64,000 bases of DNA. Source: an uncultured Acidobacteriota bacterium (lineage in GTDB: Bacteria > Acidobacteriota > Terriglobia > Acidiferrales > UBA7541). The notes under the pieces were generated by a model. The model saw nothing but the letters and a program-made list of their open reading frames with translations, made no database searches and was not told where the DNA came from. Positions 13,331 to 23,993 of this stretch are shown one piece after another. The stretch covers positions 21,124 through 85,123 of the forward strand of contig CAVSIW010000043.1 of NCBI GenBank assembly GCA_963727945.1, given 5' to 3'. The translations under genes were made by a program, and so were the position numbers. Each line of letters opens with the position of its first letter. The first letter of the stretch is position 1.

Positions 13331-13425
13331 AGCTGAAAGCGGGGCTAAGTTGCAGATAATCCACGGTTCTTATTTTTCCAAATATATTTGATATGAGCCG
13401 CGAGCTACCTCCCTGTTGAGTTCGC

Positions 13426-14841
13426 TTACTTAACGCGTGGCCGTCGCGTCGGTGCGAGAGCATCCGTACGAAGGAGATCGTCCTGGGTTTCGCGTCGCCG
13501 TATGAGTTTCGTGTGACTTCCCTCAATGAGCACTTCGCTCGGGCGCGTTCGCGCGTTGTAATTTGACGCCTGCGTCATCCCGTAGGCGCCCGCCACCCAT
13601 ATTGCAAGCAGATCACCCGGCCTGACTTCCCCGAGAGGCCAATTGTGAAGGAGACAATCGCCCGTTTCGCAGACGGGGCCGACAATGTCAACGCGTTCCG
13701 TGGAAAATTTCCTGGCGCCGGGCGCGCGCGCAATGCAGGTAATGGGATGAGCCGCGCCATAAAGCGCAGGCCGCAGCAGATCATTCATCGCCGCATCAAC
13801 TACAACAAATGTTTTTCCACGGTTCCGTTTTGTATAAATCACTCTCGTTAGCAAGACACCAGCGCTCGCAATGATTGAACGTCCCGGCTCCAGCAGCAGA
13901 TGCAAACCAAGTGGCCGAACGTATTCAGCCACCATCCGCGCATAATCCTCACGCGCCGGAGTTTTTTCTGTCGTGTAGCGCACGCCCAATCCGCCGCCCA
14001 AGTCGAAATACTCCAGCCGAATTCCCGCGCGCCGCAACTCTTCCACATAGCCCGCGATGCGGCGAAACGCGCGGCGGAATGGATCGAGCGAAATAATCTG
14101 CGAACCGATGTGCGCGCTGATTCCCCTCCACCGCAAATGTATGGAATCTTTGTACGCAAGATAGAGACGGCGCGCCTCCGGCCAATCGAGGCCGAATTTG
14201 TGAGTATGGCTTCCCGTGGCGATGTGCGGATGGCCCCCGGCCGCAACATCGGGATTCACGCGGATCGCCACGGACGGAATTTCTCCGCCGCGCATTGCGT
14301 GGCGCTGGGATTCTTCCACCAGGACTTCCAACTCCGCCTCGGATTCAATGTTGAACAGAAGAATTCCGCCGCCACGCCGAGCTACGCCGCCACCTCTCGA
14401 CGGGGAAGAATATTGCAACGCATCGCGTATTTCGTGTCGCGTCTTACCGACGCCAGAAAACACAATTCGGTCGCCACGCACTCCGAGATGCCCCAAATGT
14501 TCGAGCTCGCCCCCGGAGACAATATCAAACCCGCTCCCCATTTTTGCGAGATGATTCAAAATGGAAAGATTCCCGTTGGACTTCACAGCGAAACATATCG
14601 TGTGCGGAATCTTCCCGAGGCCGCGATCGAACTCTCTGTAAGCATCGGTGACGGCTGCGCGACTATAAAGGTAAGTTGGAGTGCCAAACGAAGCAGCCGC
14701 CTCGACAAGATCGACGCCCTCGCAAAACACGTGCTCAACGTTTTTTTCTCTGAGGGACTTTCTCCAGGCGAAGTGCGGCGTGAAATCGGCCGGGTCCACA
14801 AACCTCAGCTTTTTATGCGGATTGGCCGCCTGCGCGCTCAT
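13426..14841 (-). CDS. lysA: Diaminopimelate decarboxylase
   Basis: FAVKSN (PLP lysine), DIVSGGE, HIGSQI, DLGGGLG, EPGRSI, GPVCETGD, GAYG..ASNYN. Confidence 0.95.
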   Translation of the reverse strand: MSAQAANPHKKLRFVDPADFTPHFAWRKSLREKNVEHVFCEGVDLVEAAASFGTPTYLYSRAAVTDAYREFDRGLGKIPHTICFAVKSNGNLSILNHLAKMGSGFDIVSGGELEHLGHLGVRGDRIVFSGVGKTRHEIRDALQYSSPSRGGGVARRGGGILLFNIESEAELEVLVEESQRHAMRGGEIPSVAIRVNPDVAAGGHPHIATGSHTHKFGLDWPEARRLYLAYKDSIHLRWRGISAHIGSQIISLDPFRRAFRRIAGYVEELRRAGIRLEYFDLGGGLGVRYTTEKTPAREDYARMVAEYVRPLGLHLLLEPGRSIIASAGVLLTRVIYTKRNRGKTFVVVDAAMNDLLRPALYGAAHPITCIARAPGARKFSTERVDIVGPVCETGDCLLHNWPLGEVRPGDLLAIWVAGAYGMTQASNYNARTRPSEVLIEGSHTKLIRRRETQDDLLRTDALAPTRRPRVK

Positions 14842-16607
14842 CGCACCTTCAACACGACCAACGTCCGGTCATCCGCCAGCGGCGCGCTTTGAGCAAACCA
14901 ATCCACCTCTCGCAAAATAATATCTGCAAGTTCCGTGGCGCTGACTTCATGCTGCTGCTCGATGAGTTTGCGCAATTTTTCCGTGCCAAAGAACTGTCCC
15001 TCGCTGTTGCTTGTCTCCGCGAGCCCATCGGAGTGAAAAACCAGAATGTCGCCGGGATCGAGTGACACGCCCCACTCGTCGTAACTGACCTCTTCAAAAA
15101 TCCCCAGCGGAAATCCCGTTAGCGCAATCTTGTCGCATCGCCCGTCTTTATACAGCAGTGGCTGCGACTGTCCCGCGTTCGCCACGCGCAACTTGCTCCG
15201 GCCCTTCTGCCACGTCGCAAAACACGCCGTCATGAAGCGCCCCTCGATGCGCCTCTCACCAACGATTTGGTTCATCTGCCGGAGCATTTCCGCTGGCTGG
15301 AGTTTCTGCGGAGCGAGGCTCCTCATAATTCCTATCGCCACCGCACCATACAGCGCTGCCGCAGTTCCCTTTCCGCTTACGTCCCCCAGCGCGATGCCGA
15401 GTTGTTGGGGCCCATACCGCAGGAACTCGTATAAATCTCCGCAAACTTCTCTGGCCGAGAGATATCTCGCCGCCATGTCCAAGCCATAATCCTCGGTCGG
15501 CACGGGCCGCAGAAGTGCGCCTTGAATGCGCTTCGCCGCTTGCAGATCGCGTTCCAGACGCGCCTCATCCCGCGCCACTCGCTCATACAACCGCGCGTTT
15601 TCCAGCGACACAGCAAGATTGGCCGCCAGAATCGAAAGCGTCTGAACGTGGTCCTCGGTAAAATAATTCAGCTGCGGGCTCTCGAGGTCCAGCACTCCGA
15701 TGACCTTCCCCTTGTGCAGCATCGGAATCGCCAGCTCGGACCGCGTCTCCGGATTCACCATCAAATAGCGCGCATCAACGGTGACATCCGGCACCAGCAC
15801 CGGCTCTTTCAACACGGCCGCGGCGCCCACAATTCCTTCGCTTGCCGCCACACGCATTTTCCCCTGTACACGCTGCCCATGTTTTACATCCAGGCGGTGG
15901 CGAAACACTTTCTGTTCCTCGTCATACAGCATTAGGCTCAGTATCTGGTAGTCGATCACTCGCTTGATTTGCTCGGCGGCGCGCCGCAACAATTCTTCGA
16001 CGTCGAGGATCGAGCTCGTCTCGCGTCCAACTTCATTCAGCAGAAGCAAGGTCGCAGCCTGCGCCCTCACCCGCTGGAACAAGCGCGCATTTTCAATGGC
16101 CACCGCCAGTCGGCTCGCAAGAAGAGTCAGGATGCTTTGCTGATCGCGCGTGAAATAGTCCAGGTGCCTGCTTTGAATATCGAGCACTCCCACGCATTTC
16201 CCCTGGAGCATCAGCGGAACGGCTAGCTCGGAGCGCACGCTTTCAATCGCATTGATGTAGCGCGCATCCTTCGACGTATCGCTCACTCGTACCGGGTGTC
16301 CCGTAGCTGCCGCTGTTCCGGTAATTCCCTGCCCAATCGGCACCCGCAGATTGTCCGCAAGCTCTCTGGGATAGCCGATGGAAAATCTGTGCTTGAGGTA
16401 CGCGCCGTCTCCTTCTAGCATCAGCACGCCAAAAATTTCATAGTCAATGTGCCGTTTGATGAGCGCCGCTGTCCGCGCCAGCACCTCGTCCAAATCGAGC
16501 GAAGCATTCACCTCTTCGCCGATTTCGGCAAGCGTGCTCAACACCTCGGCGGAAATTTCCGCCGTTTCTATTGCCGTCGCTTCTGTAGGTTCGTTAGTGG
16601 GATTCAT
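14838..16607 (-). CDS. GAF-GAF-SpoIIE (PP2C, RsbU-like) serine phosphatase
   Basis: Two GAF repeats (RSELAVPL / RSELAIPM) followed by PP2C motifs GDLYE, GDVSGKG, NAG, HSDGL, DDRT. Confidence 0.92.
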   Translation of the reverse strand: MNPTNEPTEATAIETAEISAEVLSTLAEIGEEVNASLDLDEVLARTAALIKRHIDYEIFGVLMLEGDGAYLKHRFSIGYPRELADNLRVPIGQGITGTAAATGHPVRVSDTSKDARYINAIESVRSELAVPLMLQGKCVGVLDIQSRHLDYFTRDQQSILTLLASRLAVAIENARLFQRVRAQAATLLLLNEVGRETSSILDVEELLRRAAEQIKRVIDYQILSLMLYDEEQKVFRHRLDVKHGQRVQGKMRVAASEGIVGAAAVLKEPVLVPDVTVDARYLMVNPETRSELAIPMLHKGKVIGVLDLESPQLNYFTEDHVQTLSILAANLAVSLENARLYERVARDEARLERDLQAAKRIQGALLRPVPTEDYGLDMAARYLSAREVCGDLYEFLRYGPQQLGIALGDVSGKGTAAALYGAVAIGIMRSLAPQKLQPAEMLRQMNQIVGERRIEGRFMTACFATWQKGRSKLRVANAGQSQPLLYKDGRCDKIALTGFPLGIFEEVSYDEWGVSLDPGDILVFHSDGLAETSNSEGQFFGTEKLRKLIEQQHEVSATELADIILREVDWFAQSAPLADDRTLVVLKVR

Positions 16608-16618
16608 GAACTGATTTC

Positions 16619-16627
16619 ATTATAGCA
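16619..16627 (-). promoter_or_regulatory. Extended -10 promoter, nearly leaderless, for the phosphatase-lysA pair
   Basis: Minus strand TGCTATAAT, 11 nt upstream of the ATG at 16607; no Shine-Dalgarno in between. Confidence 0.6.
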
Positions 16628-16752
16628 GGCAGGCGCGGAGCGACTGCGGACGTCTTTTTGTGTGATCAATTCGCGCAGCGTTGAGCTCGCTGGCGCAAGT
16701 GATGCGCACGGCCATCGCAACGCGACGATGTGATGGCGGGGTCGGCTCAGTC

Positions 16753-17322
16753 TTACGGCTTCAGTGTGAGCACTCCGACACCCGGAAGATTGCGGTAACG
16801 CTCAGCATAATCCAGGCCAAAGCCGACAACGAATTCGTTGGGAATTGTAAATCCCACGTAGTCCGCCCGTACTGCCGCGATGCGCCGCTCCGGCTTGTCC
16901 AATAGAACAGCGACGCGCAGCCGCTTCGGCTTGCGCTGCTCAAACACGCGCAGAAGATATTGCAGTGTCATTCCGGTATCCAAAATGTCTTCCACCACAA
17001 TGACGGTCCGTCCTTCGATACTCGAATCCAAGTCTCTCGTGAGTTTTACCTGTCCGGAAGATCGCGTGTCTTTTCCATAGCTGGAGACTGCGATGAAATC
17101 AAAGGACACCTCGCCGGGAATTGCCCGTGCGAGATCGGACAAAAAGAAAACCGCGCCTTTTAACACCCCCACCAGATGCAACGGCTCTCCCGGAAAGTCA
17201 TGACGAATTTGCTTCGCCAGCTCTAGAATCCGCCGCTGAATGCGTCCTCGCGGAATCAGAATTCGGATCTTTTCGCCCGCAGTGCCCTGCGCTTTTCGCA
17301 TTGTTTTCTTTTTCGCGGCCAT
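16753..17322 (-). CDS. hpt: Hypoxanthine phosphoribosyltransferase
   Basis: GVLKGA, VSSYG, PRPP-binding VIVVEDILDTGMTL, LLDKP, FVVGFGLDYAERYRNLP. Confidence 0.95.
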   Translation of the reverse strand: MAAKKKTMRKAQGTAGEKIRILIPRGRIQRRILELAKQIRHDFPGEPLHLVGVLKGAVFFLSDLARAIPGEVSFDFIAVSSYGKDTRSSGQVKLTRDLDSSIEGRTVIVVEDILDTGMTLQYLLRVFEQRKPKRLRVAVLLDKPERRIAAVRADYVGFTIPNEFVVGFGLDYAERYRNLPGVGVLTLKP

Positions 17323-17523
17323 GATGTTTCCTTAAACTGGAACCGCGACTCTAGCTCACGTCCTCGTCCGTGAGCAAGGCTCAAGTGCCGAGTTGTAGTG
17401 CCACTGATTTGCAGCACGGCGTTGGACTCCTGCCCTCCGCGTGAAACAATACGGGCGCCGGTTGTCGCACCGCACTTGAAGATACAATAGCTTGGCGCGC
17501 TCCCCGGCCGGAGGCGTTCTCAA

Positions 17524-18037
17524 ATGTCCGAGAGAAAACTCCCCGAGCCCTGGCTCCGAGGAACGCTCCCCGATGTCCCGAGTGTTCCTCGCGCCGTTCT
17601 TCACGCTTTGGAGCTCGCCGGAGAAGATCTGGAACGTTGGTGCAGTCCGCTAAATGATGAACAGTTGAATCAACGTCCCGGGGGCATTGCGCCGGTAGCT
17701 TTTCATCTGTCTCACATTTCCCGAAGCCTGGATCGCCTTCTCACATACGCGCGAAGGAGTCTCTTTAACTCCACAACAGTTGGCGGCACTCAAATCCGAA
17801 CTCGACCCCGGAGCCACTCGCGAACAACTCTTTGCCGAACTTTCCACCGCGTTGGCCAGTGCAGCATGCCGGGTCCGCGATCTCGCCCACTCGGATCTAG
17901 AAGCTCCACGCAAAGTTGGACAGAAGAATCTTCCAACCACGCTCGGCGGCCTTATGGTTCATATCGCCGACTACACCCTGCGCCATGTAGGACAAGCAAT
18001 TACGACTGCAAAGATCGTGACATCTGAAGCGCCCTAG
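17524..18037 (+). CDS. DinB/YfiT family protein; 1-nt frameshift near 17751
   Basis: PEPWLRG...FHLSHISRSLDRLLTYA joins EGVSLTPQQLAALKSE...LPTTLGGLMVHIADYTLRHVGQAITTAK in the adjacent frame. Confidence 0.8.
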
Positions 18038-18121
18038 ATACTCCGTTCCATATCGTCGAGTGGACATCGCGCGAAGCTCAGCGCCGCGTTGTGACGCCAA
18101 CACTAGCCTCGGCTATACTTC

Positions 18122-18811
18122 ATGTCCCGGAGAAATTCTTTGCTCGAAGCCGCAAAAAGCACGCTCTTGATTCTTAGCGCCCTGTTTCCCATCGTGAACC
18201 CGCTGGGCGGCAGTCCCATTTTTCTAACGATGACGCGCGATTATTCGGCTTCTGCGCGGCGCGGACTGGCGCGCCGCGTCGCCATGAACAGTTTTTTCCT
18301 ATTGATTTGCTCTTGTCTGATCGGCACCCACATCCTCACCTTCTTCGGAATTTCCCTGCCAGTCGTACAAGTCGGCGGCGGGCTCATCGTGATTTCCACG
18401 GGCTGGGTAATGTTGAAGCGCAGCGACGACGATGACGATGATCGCGACGGAAAGGTCCCAAAAAAAGTACCTCCCCGCGATGAATTCAAGAATGCTTTTT
18501 ATCCCCTGACCTTGCCTTTAACCGTCGGCCCCGGCTCGATTTCCGTCGCCATCACTCTTGGAGCCAATCTGCCACACCATCACGGCTGGAACCTTCTGGG
18601 TTTGCTTGCCATTCTCGTCGGTTCCATCATCATCGCTGTGAGCATTTATCTCTGCTACGGTTTTTCGGATCGTCTCGCGCGTGCTCTCGGAGCTACCGCA
18701 ATGGGCGTTATCATGCGCCTCTCGTCGTTTCTCCTCGTCTGCATCGGTGTGCAAATTCTCTGGAATGGCGCCAAAGCCTTGCTCGCAACTCTCCCAGCGG
18801 CCGGTCAATGA
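18122..18811 (+). CDS. MarC family membrane protein
   Basis: LFPIVNPLG, FFGISLPVVQVGGG, YPLTLPLTVGPGSI, RLSSFLLVCIGVQ. Confidence 0.92.
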   Translation: MSRRNSLLEAAKSTLLILSALFPIVNPLGGSPIFLTMTRDYSASARRGLARRVAMNSFFLLICSCLIGTHILTFFGISLPVVQVGGGLIVISTGWVMLKRSDDDDDDRDGKVPKKVPPRDEFKNAFYPLTLPLTVGPGSISVAITLGANLPHHHGWNLLGLLAILVGSIIIAVSIYLCYGFSDRLARALGATAMGVIMRLSSFLLVCIGVQILWNGAKALLATLPAAGQ

Positions 18812-18887
18812 CGCGGAGGCTGCGCGGAAACAATCTACGAGTCGTTCATCAAACCTACTGGGAAGCGAGGGCGGCTTCCCGGCTCGC

Positions 18888-20870
18888 TCAATAATTCAAA
18901 TGGAAATTCAGCAAGTGCCAGTGATAAATAAACCAGAAGAATCCCACGCAGCCAAACGCCAGGAACGTATTCCATATCTTATTCCAGAACCATTGCTGGC
19001 CATCGCCCCAGGACTTCACGCAATTGTAAATGGCGATCAGCGAACCTAGGCCTGCGAGCAACCCGATAACCTGTAGCAGGTGGAGTCCCAGATCGCTCCG
19101 CTCTGACAGACCGGACGGATTGCTGGTTTTGCTGACAAACATGAGTAATCCCACGACAAACGCAACGACACCGATGCAAACCAAGCGCACCAGCATCCGC
19201 AGGCGTTTCGCACCGGAATCCAGCGCGAGAGGCCTTCCATAGTGTTTTCGTATCATCGCGCCGATGGGCCACATTAGCAGAGTCAGTGCGACGACTGTCA
19301 AACTGAATCCCATGATGAAATAATTTACGATCTGCTTATCGAACGTATCATTCACCTGCTGAAACACCATAAAAGGGTAATCAATGTACGCGACGCGCCG
19401 GCCCGTGGCGTCTTTGACAAACGCAATTTTCGCGTGCCCATTCACGTCGCGAAACAGCATCGGAGCTATTTCTCGAAAGTGGATCGGCTGCTGGTTCAGC
19501 CCCTTAAAGCCCGCCATCGAGATGGTGTTGTCTTTCGAATTGACGGTGACTTTTGTCTGGCCAAGCAGCCCGGTCACTGCCAACACATTGGTTTCGAACC
19601 TCCGGCTGACTTCATAAGCACCGGCGACGCTCTGCGCATCCTGAGCGGCCGTCACGAGCACGGGTTCGTTCGAAGGAGCTGCCGGAAAATACCTATTCAT
19701 GAAGCTTTCGAACAGGAACCCTCGCGGATCAATCTCGCTCCGCCCTGGGCTGTTGTAAGACACGAAGAGTCCAACATTGGCATCCAGAATTAAGTGCAAG
19801 TTGCTGTGGAAGGAGACCGTGTCTCCGCCATGCCCGATGGTGCGGTGGCCGTTTTCCCACTGCTCGTAAAATCCGAGGCACATCGCATGCATGGCCGCAG
19901 GCCAACCCTCCTGCCGCGCGTGCATCTGCACGGCTGTCTCTGGCTTCAGTATCTGCACATCGCCATAACGCCCATTCTGCAAATGCGCGATCATGAAGTG
20001 CGTCATGTCCACCGCCGACGCCGAAAGCGAACCGGCAGGAGCGACTTGGACGAATTCGAACGGCTTCGACTCGCCGGAGCCGAGAATATATCCGTTGGAC
20101 ATGGACGGCTTGAGCGCTTCCGGCAGGGGCTGCCGAAACGTCGCGTGCGTCATATTCAGCGGTTTGAAAACGTGTTCCTCGACATAGTCGTTGAAGTTTT
20201 GACCGGACACCCGCTCCACGATGTACGCCGCCATGGTGGTCGCATAATTCGAATACGCCGGCGTCGTTCCCGGCGGGAAAATCCTGGCTGGCATGTGCAC
20301 TCGCAGATATTCCCCGGTGGGGCGTAGGTCCCCCTCCGATCCCACAAACAAATCTTTCGCAGTCTCTTCAAAGCCAGTGCTGTGCGTCATGATGTTTCGC
20401 AGGGTGATCGGCTTTCCGAATGCCGGCGGTATCTTGAAATCGAGATAGTCGTTGACGTCGCGGTCCAAATCCAATTTGCCCAGCTCAACCTGTTGCATTA
20501 CTGCAGTCCACGTAAACAGTTTCGAGATGGATCCCGGACGGAACAACGTCGTCTCCGGCGAAATCGGTACTTTCTTTTCTACGTCGGCATACCCGTAGCC
20601 CTTCGCGAACAGCAGCTTGCCATCCTTCACCACAGCAATGACCGCGCCCGCGATGTCCGCATGTTCGATCTCTTGCGGCATCAGGCCGTCAAGGAATGCT
20701 CCAAGATCGTCGGCAGTTAGCTCGTGGGCCTTCGTCCCTGCATCCTCGGAAACGGCTGCTTTAGATGGTGCAGACGACGACTTGGTGTCCGCGGTTTTCG
20801 GAGCCTGCGCAAAGATAGCGACACAACCGAACACTGCCACACATGCTAATGACAAGAGTCTCGCGCGCAT
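18888..20870 (-). CDS. Beta-lactamase-related serine hydrolase (S12 / D-peptidase-like) with signal peptide and C-terminal TM helices
   Basis: SxxK (GSISK), YxN (YSN) and HGG motifs; N-terminal signal peptide; four C-terminal hydrophobic segments. Alternative start at 20900. Confidence 0.88.
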   Translation of the reverse strand: MRARLLSLACVAVFGCVAIFAQAPKTADTKSSSAPSKAAVSEDAGTKAHELTADDLGAFLDGLMPQEIEHADIAGAVIAVVKDGKLLFAKGYGYADVEKKVPISPETTLFRPGSISKLFTWTAVMQQVELGKLDLDRDVNDYLDFKIPPAFGKPITLRNIMTHSTGFEETAKDLFVGSEGDLRPTGEYLRVHMPARIFPPGTTPAYSNYATTMAAYIVERVSGQNFNDYVEEHVFKPLNMTHATFRQPLPEALKPSMSNGYILGSGESKPFEFVQVAPAGSLSASAVDMTHFMIAHLQNGRYGDVQILKPETAVQMHARQEGWPAAMHAMCLGFYEQWENGHRTIGHGGDTVSFHSNLHLILDANVGLFVSYNSPGRSEIDPRGFLFESFMNRYFPAAPSNEPVLVTAAQDAQSVAGAYEVSRRFETNVLAVTGLLGQTKVTVNSKDNTISMAGFKGLNQQPIHFREIAPMLFRDVNGHAKIAFVKDATGRRVAYIDYPFMVFQQVNDTFDKQIVNYFIMGFSLTVVALTLLMWPIGAMIRKHYGRPLALDSGAKRLRMLVRLVCIGVVAFVVGLLMFVSKTSNPSGLSERSDLGLHLLQVIGLLAGLGSLIAIYNCVKSWGDGQQWFWNKIWNTFLAFGCVGFFWFIYHWHLLNFHLNY

Positions 20871-20963
20871 TGATATTTTCACCTTAAAAACCTCCCACAT
20901 TTCCTAATGATGCCAAGAAATTACAAGCTGCGTCCGTGACCCCGCTGCTGGCACGTCAACGCG

Positions 20964-20979
20964 TGAAACATTTGTTGCA
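20964..20979. promoter_or_regulatory. Palindromic operator, putative RpiR site (TGAAAC-ATTT-GTTGCA)
   Basis: Matches three palindromes at 26961-27170; lies just downstream of the promoter at 20993-21021. Confidence 0.6.
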
Positions 20980-20992
20980 TTCTTGTCTGGGG

Positions 20993-21021
20993 AGACTAAG
21001 TAGCAAGGCCACAATTGTCAA
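20993..21021 (-). promoter_or_regulatory. Sigma-70 promoter of the serine hydrolase gene
   Basis: Minus strand TTGACA-N17-TAGTCT. Confidence 0.7.
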
Positions 21022-21110
21022 GTCTTTTGCGAGGCCGGGACCGTCCCCTCCAAAACGCAGCCACGGAAATACGCGGTGACCCGCGCCCACACAGCAATCC
21101 CAGCGCCCTG

Positions 21111-23778
21111 TTAGTGGCTGGCGTTTACTGCGGCTTTCGCCGGCAGCTTCTTCAGGTAGTTTGAGAGGTTCGATTGTTGAAGCGACCTTAGCGCGATACA
21201 AGCGTTGACGCCATCCTTGGCGTTTTGAAGTGTGCGCTCGCTTCCCGCAATATTCTGCGATGCGAAAAAGCTTTGCGAATCGTCCCTTAGCTTTTCGTCG
21301 CAGAAAACGCTCGCGACTGTTACCAGTCCACCGGAAAGCGACTCACCGGCCTTCTCCGAAATTGCTGGAAAGTTACTCTTGAAAAGTTCCCACGCCGCAG
21401 CCTGGGTTTCGATGTTATTCAAAGCTCCCGCTACCAAATACAAGTCCTGACTTTTTACGTCCGGGCTCAAGGCAAATTCAATCGTGCGTCTGGCCAATTC
21501 GGCGCTCGGGAATTGTCCGAGCGCGCCGAAATAGTTGTAATACTCCTCCGGAGTCTTCGCCGTTTTCAGGTGCTCCAGATACTTGTCATAGAGCTCCGCA
21601 TTCCCTTCCAACGCGGAAACCGCCAGCGCATTCCCGGCAAGCGCCGCTTCCACCGAATTTGGATCCCTCATGTACTGCGCCACCAGCGCTCGCGATTTTG
21701 CTATCAGTTGCGCGTCGCGCCCGTAGACCGCCAGCGTCGCAAACACGTCCGCGCGCAGTCCTCGCCTGTCGTCAGGTTCTCCCGGAGTCGGCGTCTCACC
21801 AAGATCTGCCGCAATCGGTCCCAGGAAATCGCGCACCCACTTCTGAAATGCCGGCCGGTCCGACGGAGCCACAATGAAGTCGTGAATGTCTCCGAACCTG
21901 CCCGTCATCACGTTCACAAGGGCTCTGGTGCGTTCGCTCTTCATCTTCTCCAGCGTGTCGAGGTAATCCCCAACGTTCAACCGTCCCACTCGCACCATCG
22001 CCCACTCATCTCCAAGAAAATGAATGCGCTCTTCCGGCGAAAAGCCGTTCTCCAGTTCCGCGCTCATCTTTGCGAGCGTCGGTGCGTCGTAGTCGCTGCG
22101 GTAGTAGCCCCTGCCTCCCGCGTTCGCATACACCCACTGTGAACACCCCGGCAAGCTCAAACGTTTGTTTCTGCTGCGTCAGCAGGAAATATGTCCCATC
22201 CTTTGCTCCTTCGGCTCGAAGATTGACTGGAATCTGCCAAATCTCCGGCGAACCTGAATCGAGCTTTGCCGCATCCGAAAAATAGCGCTGTTGCGACAAC
22301 GTCACTTCCGTCGTCGGCTTACTCTTTTTTTTCTTCAGGAAACCGCCGCTGCTGACGCCGCCCCCGCATGCCGTTTTCACCGTGATCAACGGCGCTCCCG
22401 ATTGCTCCGTGAAGCTCGCCATAATCTTGTCAACCGGTTTTTCCGACGTAGCCGTCATCTGGCCCCAAAAATCTTCCGCCGTCGCATTGCCGTATGCATG
22501 CTTTTCCAGATAAGCATTCGCCCCCTTGCGAAAGACCTCTGGTCCCAGATACGCCTCGACCATCCGCAGCACCGATGCCGATTTGCCATACGCAATTCCG
22601 TCAAACAGCGTTGCAATTTCCGCCGGAGTTTCTGCCTTTGCTCGAATCGCGCGCACGGATGCAATCGAATCTGTGTTCAGCGACCCGCCGGTCTCCTGAA
22701 TCTCTCCAAGCTCGTCATGCCATTCCGGCTTCCACGCCTTTATCGGCTTATGCGACATCCACGTCGCAAATCCTTCATTCAGCCAGATGTCGTTCCACCA
22801 CTTCATGGTGACCAGGTCGCCGAACCACATGTGCGCCATTTCATGCGCCAGCACCCCCACCACCGCTTGGTGCGCGTCCACGGAAGCGTTCTTGTCATCA
22901 ATAGTCAGCAAGGTCTCGCGATAGGTGATCGCGGCGACATTTTCCATCGCTCCCGCGGAAAAATCCGGAAACGCGATGAGGTCCAGCTTCTGGAACGGAT
23001 ACTTCGTCTGATAGTACGTGTCGTAGAACTTCAGAATATTCTCGGCGGAGAGCAGCGCGTACGACAGCAGGTCTTTTTTCTCGGGCACTGCGCAAACGCG
23101 AATCGGAATTCCGTCAGCTCCGCCCGCGATGCACGCAAAATCTCCGACCATCATAGCCACCAGGTAAGACGACATTTTCGGCGAATCGGAAAATTGCAGC
23201 GTGTGCTTGCCGCTCCCAGGGCCCGGCGTATCGGAGATAATCTTGCCATTCGAAATAGCCGTATCGGCCTTGTCTATGACGAGCGCAATCCGAAACACAG
23301 CCTTGTACGCGGGCTCATCAAACGAAGGGAACGCGCGCCGCGCATCGGTCGCCTCGAACTGCGTCACCGCATAGCGTCGTCGCGCCGTCTGGCTCAAATA
23401 AAATCCGCGAAGCTTGTCGTTCAATATTCCCGTAAAGCGAATGTGAATCTCCGCAGCTCCCGCCGGCACCGTGCTTGGCACCGTCAACGTCGCCGTCTCG
23501 TTCTTCTCGTCCGTCGTCACTGCTGCCGCCTGTTTGAAGTCTCCCGCGCCAATCGCCGCTTCCTTAAACTCGATCTCCGCCGAGTTCAGCACGATCGCCG
23601 TCGTCGCCTTTTCCAAATGAACGCGAATCGTCTCTTCGCCCGTAAACGTCGCGCTCCCGAGATCAGGCGCAAATTTCAAGTCGTAAGAGTCCGGAACGAC
23701 ATTGTCCGGCAGCCTCTGCGCCAAAACTCCCGAACCCGCCAGCAGACTCCACGACGCCACCACAAGGAGACGCTTCAT
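21111..23778 (-). CDS. pepN: M1 family aminopeptidase with ERAP1-like C-terminal domain, exported; 1-nt frameshift near 22155
   Basis: Signal peptide, TQFEATDARRAFP, GAMEN, HEMAHMWFGDLVT..WWNDIWLNEGFA, AYGK; continues as LPGCSQWVYANAGGRGYYR in the adjacent frame. Confidence 0.9.
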
Positions 23779-23993
23779 TTTCTTTTCCTTCCAGTTTGTT
23801 TTGAAAACCCGCGCCATCACACCTTAACCACGGAAGCAACCACCTGATGTTCGATCATGCGGCCGCTATTATTCTGTTTAAGCGATCCTGCCTCATTAGA
23901 CCGGCAAGTAGTGTAGAGGATAGCAGGCCACTAGCCTGATTTGCATGGGTGATTCGCTGTAGCGCGATCGCGCGCCCGCCGCTTGGAATGCTC

